Shown here piece after piece: positions 39,547-49,900 of a stretch of 64,000 nt of DNA (within the stretch, counting starts at the first letter, position 1; each line of letters opens with the position of its first letter). Under the pieces are notes generated by a model. That model did not search any database. It was not told where the DNA came from and saw only the letters and a list, made by a program, of their open reading frames with translations. This DNA comes from an uncultured bacterium (GTDB taxonomy: Bacteria; UBP4; UBA4092), in the NCBI GenBank assembly GCA_964644695.1, contig CAZXWN010000002.1:124001-188000 (forward strand), given 5' to 3'. The position numbers and the translations under genes were made by a program.

Positions 39547-42500
39547 ATGAAATATACCGTTGGATTAGATGTCGGAATTGCTTCCGTAGGGTGGTGTGTC
39601 ATTAATGAAGATAAGCAGCGGATAGAAGATTTGGGTGTCCGTACTTTTGTCCGCGCTGAAAACCCTAAAGATGGAAGTCCTCTGGCTGAACCTCGCAGAT
39701 TAGCACGCGGAATGAGGCGAAGACTTCAAAGGCGAGCACAGCGGCTTCAGAATTTACGGTCATTGTTTGTGGAACAGGGGTTGATCACTCGTCAGGAGAT
39801 GAAGGCTTTTTTTGAGAAGGCTTATGAAAAAGATGTCTATGAATTACGGACAGAAGGCCTCCAGCGGTGCCTGAGTTCTGAGGAATGGATGAGGGTGTTA
39901 TACCACCTGGTGAAACACAGGGGGTTCAAGTCCAATCGGAAAAGTGAACTGAAAGAATCGGACATGGGGGATTTGCTGACCGGTATTTCTGAGAATAAAA
40001 AAATATTAAAAGATAAGGGATATCAGACTGTCGGGGAAATGCTGCTCAAAGATGAGAAGTTTCAGGAACATAAACGAAACAAGGGAAGCAGTTATCTGAA
40101 TACTTTATCCCGGGATATTCTGGAACAGGAAATCCAGGTTTTATTTGAAAAACAAAGAGGTTTTAAGAATCCCTTTGCGGCAGCTGATTTTGAAGAAAAA
40201 TATCTGATACTTTTTAATAAGCAGAAACATTATGCGGACAAAGACCAGATATTAAAGATGGTGGGGAAATGCAGTTTCCTTCCCGAGGAATATCGTGCTC
40301 CCCGAATGTCTTATACTGCAGAACGGTTTAATCTTTTGACGAAGATATCCAATCTTCGATTGGTTCAAAAGGGACATAAGATTGAACTGGAAAAAGAACA
40401 GCGTGAAACCATTATTGGATTAGCCTATAAACATTCTTCAGGGGTCACTTATAAACAGATTCGAAAAGCCTTATCTATTCCGGAGGATATGTATTTCGCC
40501 GGTTTGCGGTATGGTGGGCGGAAATCCGATGCTAAAGAAAAAGACCCTGAATCAGATAAGTTTTATGTTTTGAAGGGATATCATAGTTTGAAAAATGCAG
40601 TCACAGAATCCCTTGGAGAAATCGCCTGGCAATCACTGGCCGGACAGCCGGAGAAATTGGATGAGATTGCCTGGGCTTTGACTGTTTATAAATCGGATGA
40701 AGATATCCGGGAATACCTTTCTGGCAAAGGGATTGAGGACTCCATTATCCAGGCTGTATTAACCGAAAGTTTTACTAGATTTCTCCATGTTTCCATTAAG
40801 GCGCTGAGGATGATGGTGCCCTATCTGGAGGAAGGATTCCGGTATGACCAGGCTTGTGAGAAGGCAGGATTTATCCATTACAATCCGTTGGGTGAACTGG
40901 AACGGGAATTATATCTGCCCCATATCAGCCGGGAGGATATTGTCAATCCGGTGGTTTTTCGGTCTGTCACTCAGACCCGGAAGGTCTTGAATGCCATTAT
41001 CCGAAAATACGGGTCTCCGTATTTTATCAATATCGAACTTGCCAGGGATTTGGGCCGAAACATCGAAGACCGAAAAAAGATTGAGAAAAAACAACTCGAG
41101 AATCGTAATGAACGGGACCGAGTAGTCCTGGAGCTGAAAGAGACTTTCGGTCTTGGGTCTCCCCGGGGTGGAGATATTTTGAAATATCGACTCTGGAAAG
41201 AACAGCAGGGGTTCTGTGCCTATACAAAACAATACCTGGAACCGACACGATTATTTGAACCGGGGTATGCGGAAGTGGACCATATCCTGCCCTGGAGCCG
41301 GTCTTTTGATGACAGTTACAACAATAAAGTGTTGGTCAGTGGAGCCCAAAACCAAATGAAGGGGAACAGTATTCCCTTTGAATATATGGGTGGTAATGAA
41401 ACCAGTGAGAAATGGCATGCCTACTGTGAGTGGGTCCAGAGTATCTTCCGCAATCGCCGCAAGGTCCAGAATCTGTTAAAGACAGAATTTACGGAAGAAG
41501 ATTCCCGGGATGTGAAAGAACGAAATCTCAATGATACCCGGTATATCACCCGTTTCTTATTTAACTTAATAAAAGATAAACTGGTTTTTGCTCCGGGTGA
41601 GGATAAACAGAGGGTCCAGACTGTTAATGGACAGATGACTGCCATTCTCCGGGGACGGTGGGGGCTGGTGAAGGTCAGAGACGAAAATGACCGGCATCAT
41701 GCCATGGATGCCGCCGTTGTCGCCTGTGTGACTCCGGGAATGGTCCAGAGAATGTCTGTCTTTACGAAATATGAGGAAGGTAAATTTGTTGAAGCGCCTG
41801 GGGGGGATTTTGTTGGTTCTGATGTGAAGGATATCAAGAAATCAAACCGGAAAAATGTTCATTTTCCAGACCCCTGGGATAAATTCCGGTATGAACTCAT
41901 GGCAAGGCTGGAAAGTGATGAGGCGACTCTTAGAAATAGCCTGAAATCTCTGGAGCTTCCCTCATGGACTCCTGAAGAAATCGATCAACTGCACCCGATT
42001 TTTGTCTCACGGATGCCGACTCGAAAGGTGACGGGACCTGCTCATGCCCAGACTATCCGAAGCGCCAAGAATCTGGATAACCGTCCGGAAGACAGGTTCA
42101 GGACTGTTAAGACGGACCTTTCAAAGGTGAAACTGGCTGCTTTGGAGAATATGCTGGGTAAAGAACGGGATAAACGGCTCTATGAAGCCATCAAACAACG
42201 GTTGGAACAGTTTGGCGATGATCCAAAGAAGGCCTTTGCTGAGCCGTTGTATAAACCTACCAATGATGACCGCCGGGGACCCATTGTCCGCAGTATTAAA
42301 ATCATTGATAACGGCACTTCCGGTGTTCCGGTACAAAAGGGGATCGCCGATAATGCCAGTATGGTCAGGGTCGATGTTTTCACCAAAGAAAAGAAGTATT
42401 ATCTGGTTCCGGTGTATGTGGCGGATTTGGTGAAAAAAGAAATACCCAACAGGGCTATTGTTCAAGCAAAGGATATGTGTGACTGGACAGTGATTGATGA

Positions 42501-42765
42501 TTCTTTTGACTTCTGTTTCAGTCTTTATCCTAACGATTTGATCCATGTGGTAACTAAATCAGAAGATCGTTTGGGATATTATTCTTCCACTCATAGTGGA
42601 ACTGGAAACATTAATATGGTGGCACCTGACCGAAGTTGGGTCAAGGATGGTATTGGAATAAAATCAGCCCAAACCTTTGTCAAATATCAAGTGGACCCCT
42701 TAGGGAATTATTACCCAGTTCGAAAGGAACCACGCTGTGGGGTGGAGGAGTTTATTAATCAGTAA
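39547..42765 (+). CDS. cas9: Type II-C CRISPR nuclease Cas9 (about 1072 aa)
   Basis: RuvC-I GLDVGIAS, Arg-rich bridge helix, IELAR, HNH EVDHILPWSRSFDDSYNNKVL, RHHAMDA; start after GGAGGGG. Confidence 0.98.
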   Translation: MKYTVGLDVGIASVGWCVINEDKQRIEDLGVRTFVRAENPKDGSPLAEPRRLARGMRRRLQRRAQRLQNLRSLFVEQGLITRQEMKAFFEKAYEKDVYELRTEGLQRCLSSEEWMRVLYHLVKHRGFKSNRKSELKESDMGDLLTGISENKKILKDKGYQTVGEMLLKDEKFQEHKRNKGSSYLNTLSRDILEQEIQVLFEKQRGFKNPFAAADFEEKYLILFNKQKHYADKDQILKMVGKCSFLPEEYRAPRMSYTAERFNLLTKISNLRLVQKGHKIELEKEQRETIIGLAYKHSSGVTYKQIRKALSIPEDMYFAGLRYGGRKSDAKEKDPESDKFYVLKGYHSLKNAVTESLGEIAWQSLAGQPEKLDEIAWALTVYKSDEDIREYLSGKGIEDSIIQAVLTESFTRFLHVSIKALRMMVPYLEEGFRYDQACEKAGFIHYNPLGELERELYLPHISREDIVNPVVFRSVTQTRKVLNAIIRKYGSPYFINIELARDLGRNIEDRKKIEKKQLENRNERDRVVLELKETFGLGSPRGGDILKYRLWKEQQGFCAYTKQYLEPTRLFEPGYAEVDHILPWSRSFDDSYNNKVLVSGAQNQMKGNSIPFEYMGGNETSEKWHAYCEWVQSIFRNRRKVQNLLKTEFTEEDSRDVKERNLNDTRYITRFLFNLIKDKLVFAPGEDKQRVQTVNGQMTAILRGRWGLVKVRDENDRHHAMDAAVVACVTPGMVQRMSVFTKYEEGKFVEAPGGDFVGSDVKDIKKSNRKNVHFPDPWDKFRYELMARLESDEATLRNSLKSLELPSWTPEEIDQLHPIFVSRMPTRKVTGPAHAQTIRSAKNLDNRPEDRFRTVKTDLSKVKLAALENMLGKERDKRLYEAIKQRLEQFGDDPKKAFAEPLYKPTNDDRRGPIVRSIKIIDNGTSGVPVQKGIADNASMVRVDVFTKEKKYYLVPVYVADLVKKEIPNRAIVQAKDMCDWTVIDDSFDFCFSLYPNDLIHVVTKSEDRLGYYSSTHSGTGNINMVAPDRSWVKDGIGIKSAQTFVKYQVDPLGNYYPVRKEPRCGVEEFINQ

Positions 42766-43639
42766 TCCAGCCCGGTTATCTTTGAAAGACGACAGGCTGT
42801 TGATTGAGCAGGAAAATTCAGTCACGCTTCCTTTGGAGGATGTGGATGTGGTGGTATTGGATACAGGACAGGTGACTGTCACTTCCCATCTACTCAGGGA
42901 GATGGCTGCTCGGGAGACTGTATTATTTGCTTGTGATGATAAACATCATCCCTGCGGAGTGTATCTGCCGTTTCAGGGGCACAGCAGGCAGAACAAAATT
43001 CTCCTGGCACAAGTGGGGATCACAGAACCCTTTAAGAAACGATGCTGGCAAAAAGTCATTAAACAGAAGATCCAAAACCAGTCCCGGTGTCTCGGGCTTT
43101 TGGGCCTCAATGGGTACAAGGAACTGGAGGGGATGGCTCGGTCTGTCGTATCCGGAGATTCCAATAATAGGGAAGCCTGGGCATCCAGAGTCTATTTCAA
43201 ATATCTTCTTGAGGGACATACCCGCAGAAGTGAGAGCCTGACTAACGGGGCACTCAATTATGGCTATGCGATTTTCCGGGGCGTGATTGCCAGGACTTTG
43301 GCGGGATATGGATTTATCCCTGCTTTAGGGATCCATCATGACAATGAACTCAATGGTTTTAATCTGGCGGATGATTTTTTGGAAGTTTATCGGCCTTTGG
43401 TGGATTTATTTGTGATGAAGCATATTCCCAAAGAGGGGGAGACGCTGACCCGGGAACAGCGCGCCTCGCTGTTGGGAATTTTGAATTGTGATGTGCGGTT
43501 CCAAAACGGGAATTATACGGCATTGCGGTCGGTGGATATGATGCTGTCGAGTTTCTCGGGTGCAGTGATGGCAAAAAATCCCGGAGTTCTGGTCCTTCCG
43601 GAACTCATAGGGTTGCACACTCACGATTATGAGTCTTGA
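42737..43639 (+). CDS. cas1: Type II CRISPR integrase Cas1
   Basis: SGDSNNREA, LNYGYAI, LGIHHDN, FNLADDFLEVYRP; overlaps cas9 3' end. Confidence 0.97.
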   Translation: MGWRSLLISNPARLSLKDDRLLIEQENSVTLPLEDVDVVVLDTGQVTVTSHLLREMAARETVLFACDDKHHPCGVYLPFQGHSRQNKILLAQVGITEPFKKRCWQKVIKQKIQNQSRCLGLLGLNGYKELEGMARSVVSGDSNNREAWASRVYFKYLLEGHTRRSESLTNGALNYGYAIFRGVIARTLAGYGFIPALGIHHDNELNGFNLADDFLEVYRPLVDLFVMKHIPKEGETLTREQRASLLGILNCDVRFQNGNYTALRSVDMMLSSFSGAVMAKNPGVLVLPELIGLHTHDYES

Positions 43640-43961
43640 GAACAGGCGATATATGAGGCTGATGGTGTTTTTTGATCTTCCGGTCAAATCAAAGACCGAC
43701 CGGAGAATATATCAGCAGTTCCGAACCTTTTTGATTCGGGATGGGTATGACATGATGCAGTTTTCCATCTATTGCAGGGTGTGTAATGGAGAGGATGCCG
43801 TAGATAAACATGTACGACGGCTGCGGTCGAACTTGCCGGAAAAAGGCAATATCCGATGTCTGCAGGTTACAGATAAACAATATGGGAAAATGCTTTTCCT
43901 GGTGGGTAAGCCGGGAATAAATGAAAGAAAAATCGATGCTTCACAGTTACTACTTTTCTAA
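43629..43961 (+). CDS. cas2: CRISPR Cas2
   Basis: MRLMVFFDLPV, GYDMMQFSIY, TDKQY. Confidence 0.97.
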   Translation: MSLENRRYMRLMVFFDLPVKSKTDRRIYQQFRTFLIRDGYDMMQFSIYCRVCNGEDAVDKHVRRLRSNLPEKGNIRCLQVTDKQYGKMLFLVGKPGINERKIDASQLLLF

Positions 43962-44030
43962 AGCAACCTCTTTTTCGCAATCCATCAACCCTGATGGATT
44001 CTTCATTCTCTTTCACTTAACCCCGGCCGT
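43962..44030. promoter_or_regulatory. Putative array leader (acquisition end) containing a hairpin
   Basis: AATCCATCA-ACCC-TGATGGATT (43979-44000); lies at the end opposite the degenerate repeat. Confidence 0.55.
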
Positions 44031-46001
44031 ATTATAGCCTGTCGGAGACTGGTGGGGAACTATAACATTGCGATAGCTATAATCACAGTGTGCGCAATTA
44101 TAGCCTGTCGGAGACTGGTGGGGAACTATAACAGTTTCATATATATGTTCGCATTGTTGAAAATTATAGCCTGTCGGAGACTGGTGGGGAACTATAACTG
44201 TAATCTTAACGCTTCTTTCAATTCTTCTATTATAGCCTGTCGGAGACTGGTGGGGAACTATAACAAACATTATATGAATATATTATATCCTATCATTATA
44301 GCCTGTCGGAGACTGGTGGGGAACTATAACCCAGTATTCCATGGATATTATTTATTATATATTATAGCCTGTCGGAGACTGGTGGGGAACTATAACGTTT
44401 ATCATGCACAGCAATATCAGAACTCTATTATAGCCTGTCGGAGACTGGTGGGGAACTATAACAGATTTACACCATCTGCGAAATGTCCTGTATTATAGCC
44501 TGTCGGAGACTGGTGGGGAACTATAACGCTAGTTGTAACCTCTCAACCCATTTTGGGATTATAGCCTGTCGGAGACTGGTGGGGAACTATAACCCAGTAT
44601 CCAATGGATATAATTTATTATAAATTATAGCCTGTCGGAGACTGGTGGGGAACTATAACATATGCCTCCAAATGGACTTCGCTGTCTTAATTATAGCCTG
44701 TCGGAGACTGGTGGGGAACTATAACATCCCGAGCTTCACTAATTCCCACGCCCAGATTATAGCCTGTCGGAGACTGGTGGGGAACTATAACTTTTCGTAG
44801 ATGTTTCCCAATACTTTAATAATTATAGCCTGTCGGAGACTGGTGGGGAACTATAACAAGACTTTTAATATTTCCTGCGTAATCCTGATTATAGCCTGTC
44901 GGAGACTGGTGGGGAACTATAACTGCTTCTGTGTATTACATTTCTTCATCTTTATTATAGCCTGTCGGAGACTGGTGGGGAACTATAACTATTTCTTTAC
45001 CATCACGGATATTTTTACTATTATAGCCTGTCGGAGACTGGTGGGGAACTATAACGACACTGTGAGACTTCCCAGAACCAGCACCATTATAGCCTGTCGG
45101 AGACTGGTGGGGAACTATAACGACACTGTGAGACTTCCCANNNNNNNNNNNNNNNNNNNNNNNNNNNNNNNNNNNNNNNNNNNNNNNNNNNNNNNNNNNN
45201 NNNNNNNNNNNNNNNNNNNNNNNNNNNNNNNNNNNNNNNNATTATAGCCTGTCGGAGACTGGTGGGGAACTATAACGACACTGTGAGACTTCCCAGAACC
45301 AGCACCATTATAGCCTGTCGGAGACTGGTGGGGAACTATAACAATAAAAACCTCTCTACCTTTAATTAGATAATTATAGCCTGTCGGAGACTGGTGGGGA
45401 ACTATAACGTGCTGGATTCTCGGTTGATAAGAATAGTAATTATAGCCTGTCGGAGACTGGTGGGGAACTATAACTCTCCACTATCAACGATTCGCATCGT
45501 GTTTATTATAGCCTGTCGGAGACTGGTGGGGAACTATAACGAATGTAATTTGATGCCTTTTCAGCTTGGGATTATAGCCTGTCGGAGACTGGTGGGGAAC
45601 TATAACTACCCGTGCACGGCGGGTTTGGCGTTTTTAATTATAGCCTGTCGGAGACTGGTGGGGAACTATAACCATTAGCAACATCGGTAGCGGATTCACG
45701 GAATTATAGCCTGTCGGAGACTGGTGGGGAACTATAACACATAAAAAGCGTCTTTAATAACTCCCTCAATTATAGCCTGTCGGAGACTGGTGGGGAACTA
45801 TAACCTTTAACAATGTAACGGCCATCCTCTAATATTATAGCCTGTCGGAGACTGGTGGGGAACTATAACTGTCGTCATGGGCGGCCTTGATTATAAAGAA
45901 TTATAGCCTGTCGGAGACTGGTGGGGAACTATAACGAGACCGTAAACCTCTTAGGAGCTAATAAAATTATAGCCTGTCGGAGACTGGTGGGGAATTATAA
46001 C
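44031..46001 (-). CRISPR. Type II-C CRISPR array: 29 visible 36-nt repeats, 29-30 nt spacers, 100-N gap at 45141-45240
   Basis: Plus-strand repeat ATTATAGCCTGTCGGAGACTGGTGGGGAACTATAAC (crRNA sense GTTATAGTTCCCCACCAGTCTCCGACAGGCTATAAT); 66-nt period; terminal repeat 45966-46001 has one substitution; orientation inferred from tracrRNA complementarity. Confidence 0.98.
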
Positions 46002-46044
46002 TTGCAGAGTCGAAACTCAAGTTTATAAAATATTATTTTAGGTC

Positions 46045-46072
46045 TTGCATTCAGGTATAAGTTGACTATAAT
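46045..46072 (+). promoter_or_regulatory. Probable tracrRNA promoter
   Basis: TTGCAT-N16-TATAAT. Confidence 0.55.
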
Positions 46073-46078
46073 AGATTT

Positions 46079-46194
46079 CAGTTATAGTGACTTCTAGCCT
46101 GTCGGAGAAATGGTGCGTTACTATAATAAGGATGGAGCCCTCCATCCGCAGGGTATCCCCTGACAGATTTCGATTTGTCAGGGGTAGCCTTTTT
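46079..46194 (+). ncRNA. tracrRNA
   Basis: Anti-repeat TAGCCTGTCGGAGAAATGGTGCGTTACTATAAT (to 46127), then AAGG, nexus hairpin GGATGGAG/CTCCATCC, hairpin TATCCCCTGACAGAT-TTCG-ATTTGTCAGGGGTA and T tract. Confidence 0.9.
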
Positions 46195-46256
46195 ATGGGG
46201 GCAAGTGCGAATTGGGGCTACCACTCATTTGTTTTGCGAAGTATTCCAAGAAATAA

Positions 46257-46718
46257 ATGAGTGGCGAAGGCAATTTTGTATCAGTTAATTTATGTTACAA
46301 TCTGCCCATGCATAACAAACTATTGATTCCCAAGATTGTTTTAGTCTTAGTCACATTACTTTTTGGTGCTGCGTTATTTTTTGCCTCACTGGTAGCATTA
46401 CTTTCTGAAAATCCCCAAGTCAGTGACGGTATTGTAGTGCAGATCGTTTTTACTATTGTTGTATTTATTCCCACTTTTATTATTGTTGGGGTAATGACCT
46501 TTGTTATGAAGCATTTCCTGCCTAAGATAAATCCATTCATTATTGCCCTTCCCTTTGTCAGCTGTATTTTTTATTATCACAATTTATCCTGGGGAGATTG
46601 GTGTTATTACATTGTTCCGATGGTTTTGTGGGGTGGATACATCTATGGGATTTATGAAGTATTTATTCCGGAAAAGAAGTCCGTGCCTGTTCTGGTTGAT
46701 GATTCACTCTCAGATTAA
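46257..46718 (+). CDS. Hypothetical 4-TM membrane protein (start may be 46308)
   Basis: Four hydrophobic segments; AT-rich. Confidence 0.55.
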   Translation: MSGEGNFVSVNLCYNLPMHNKLLIPKIVLVLVTLLFGAALFFASLVALLSENPQVSDGIVVQIVFTIVVFIPTFIIVGVMTFVMKHFLPKINPFIIALPFVSCIFYYHNLSWGDWCYYIVPMVLWGGYIYGIYEVFIPEKKSVPVLVDDSLSD

Positions 46719-46930
46719 TCTCTCGTTTTGTGGATGACATATCTCCGTTTTTGATGAGTTCCCCTATTGAGTTTCTGTCGGATATTTCTGATTGATTTAT
46801 CCATCTCCCTTTATCTTTAAGTCTTCCTGTCTGTTTTTCTTTTACCCCAAAAAAAGTAAAATAATGTGAATTATCCAAAATAATGTAACTTATAACTTAT
46901 TGAAACTAAGATATATAAGGACTATACTCA

Positions 46931-49900
46931 GTGAGATTAAATACAATATGGGAGTTATCTTTGATGAGACTAAAAGCTGGAACCTTAAGAAAACTTGTTT
47001 GTCTATCTTTTGGATTATTTGTACTAGGTACAAGTTGGGCAAGTACATCAGAAAAGTTACCGACAGGAAGGTTGCCTCTCTACTTTATAGAGAATCAGGG
47101 ACAGATCAACAATCAAATCAAGTATTACTCCCCGGAAGGGCAGTTTTACTTTACTCCTGAGGGTATGTTTACCCATCTGATAGAGAGAGAATCATTAGAA
47201 ACGAGTGGACAGGACTCAACATTAATTCATGAAAAACATGTTGTCTTAAAGAAAAGGTTTTTAAACTCGAACACCTCTTGTGAGATTGTGGGTGAAGATG
47301 AGCTTCCCGGTAAAGTAAACTTCTTTGTTGGGAAAGATTCTACTCAGTGGAAGACCCATTTGCGGATATATAAACAGCTCCGGTATAAGAATATCTATCC
47401 GGGAATTGACCTGGTGTACCATGGGAAAAATGGACCTACGGAATATGACCTGGTCGTAAATCCAGGAGCTTCTGTTTCTCAGATACAGTCAGTCATTGAA
47501 GGTGCCGACAAGCTGGAACTTTCTTCTGATGGGGATCTGCTGGTACATACCCGGTTAGGGATCCTGAAAGAGAAATCGCCTGTTTCTTATCAAGACATCT
47601 CCGGGACTAAACACTCTGTCCCCAGTCAGTTTACCCTGTTATCAGATAATACACTTACATTTTCAGTTCCACAGTATGTGAAGTCTAAAACACTCACGAT
47701 AGACCCGTTGATTTATTCCAGTTTCCTGGGCTCTAACGATGTTTTATCATTGAACAACGATGTTAAGATTGCTGTTGATCCGGAAGGTAATTACTATATT
47801 GCAGGGGTTACTAAATCCAACAGTTTTCCCACCACCCCTGGGTCCTATGACAGAACTTACAGTGGTGAAGAAGACGGATTTATCACTAAAATCAATGCCG
47901 CGGGTACAGAGATTATCTTCTCAACTTATTTAGGGGGATCCTTAAAAGATCTCATCAGCGGGATGTGTATTGATACGGCAGGAAATGTTTATGTGACGGG
48001 AATGACCAAATCGACAAATTTTCCCATCACCTCTGGAGCGTATGACTCAACACTGAATCTATATGATTACACCGATGTATTCGTATCTAAATTGAGTGCT
48101 TCTGGAGCCAGTTTAGAGTATTCAACTCTTCTCGGTGGAGACAAGACTGAAAGTTCACTTGATATTGCAGTCGATTTAGATGGATGTGCGTATGTAGTGG
48201 GATTTACCTCTTCTCCAGTTTTTTTTCCATTAGTATCTGCTTTTGATACGACAGGTAATTCTAATGGTAATGGTTACATCACTAAATTAAATTCCACAGG
48301 TACTGCCCTTGAATATTCCTCCTTTATTAGCGGATCTGCTTGGACCCAGGCACTGGGTGTTGCTGTTGACTCTAGTAAAAAGGCCTATATTGTAGGTGCT
48401 ACTTATTCCTCTGATTTTCCAGTTACCGCAGATGCCATTGATTCTACATATAACGCAGGTGGAGATGGATTCTTGACCGTTTTAGAGCCTTCAGGAGCGC
48501 TCTCTTACTCTACTTATCTGGGGGGATCAGGTACGGAATATGTTTATAGCGTAGCGCTGGATAGTGTGGGGGATATCTATGTTGCCGGATTAACTTCTTC
48601 CATAGATTATCCGACTACGCCTGGGGTTGTGAGGAGATATTTCGTTGGTCAGGAAGATGCTTTTGTTACGAAGTTGAACCCTGCCGGAACCCAGATGTTG
48701 TATTCAACATATCTTGCTGGGTCCGGTGAAGACTATGTTAATGCTATTAAAATAAGTTCCCGGGGTACGGCTGTTGTTACCGGTTATACCTCATCAACAA
48801 ACTTTCCGGTATCAAGTTATCCAATAGACAATACTGCCAACGGGAATGGAGATGTTTTCGTTTCTGAACTAAACTCAACAGGTACAGCATTACTTTACTC
48901 AACTTATCTGGGCGGCAGTGGTAAAGATCATGGTTCTTCACTGGCTTTTGATAGTGCTGGGAATGTTTGTATAGCTGGATATACTGAATCTGCGAGTTTT
49001 CCGATCACAAAAACTGCACTTGTAAAAAATTACAATAATAACTTTTTTGCCAAGTTATCTTTGATAAATGCATTGCCTTCTTATTATCCGAATATTTCCA
49101 ACCTGCCAGACTTGAAGTTATTTACTTATGAAAGTGTTTCTAATATTTTCAGTTTGGAAGATTACAACAACGGCCCCGCGGGTGAAAATTACAGTTTTGC
49201 GACGAATTTTCTAAGTTTGGGGAGTTTATCCGGGAGTTACGTTTCGCAGGGTGCTTACAGTAGTGGGACCTGTGGAACGAATACTTATGTAGTGAGTAAT
49301 CTATACGGTTCCTGTACGGTCAGCAATAAGGTGAAGTATTCCACTTACAAAATGCGGAAGTTACCGGATGTTGCCTTAAAACCTGGACAATCAGAACATT
49401 TTGATATTACAGCATATTGTTATGATACGGCAGGTGCTGCTGTGGCCCCCAGTTTTGGGTATCCAGACAGTATTCTGGAAGGAAATCCGTCTTGGGTCAC
49501 CGGAAACTGGGATGGAACTACCCATGTACTAATTAGCTCCCAGAGTGGTTTTACAACAGGTCAATCCCATCTTGACCTTATTTCCTCGACAATAACGACT
49601 GAACCTTTCACAACAGATTATGATGTCGAACGAATCAATGTCTATCCGGATTTGTTAAGTGGAGGGGCCTTTTCTTCAGATACGGACCTGAATGCCCAGT
49701 TTGGTGTGGAAGGGATAAGTGGACTCAGTCTTCCGACTCTTGGGTATCAATCGACAGTGACTGATAATGGGGGGAGAGAACTCTCTGGCGTGGTATCTTT
49801 TGGGTTTACAGGGAATACCGAGGGTGTGAAATTGACTCCCAATATAGACACGATGGTGTCCTGTGATAGTGGAGCCTGGTACACCGCCCGGATCCGAGTC

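Noticed and set aside
45141..45240. Run of 100 N
   Set aside because: Scaffolding gap, not biology; true repeat count is uncertain
44013..45678. ORFs with repeated IIACRRLVGNYN or VIVPHQSPTGYN units
   Set aside because: Translations of the 66-nt CRISPR period, not proteins
44067..45965. Self-targeting spacers within the window
   Set aside because: None noticed by eye; an exhaustive alignment was not possible
46257..46718. Membrane gene next to tracrRNA as a CRISPR accessory effector
   Set aside because: No CARF, SAVED, Csx or toxin features; adjacency alone is insufficient
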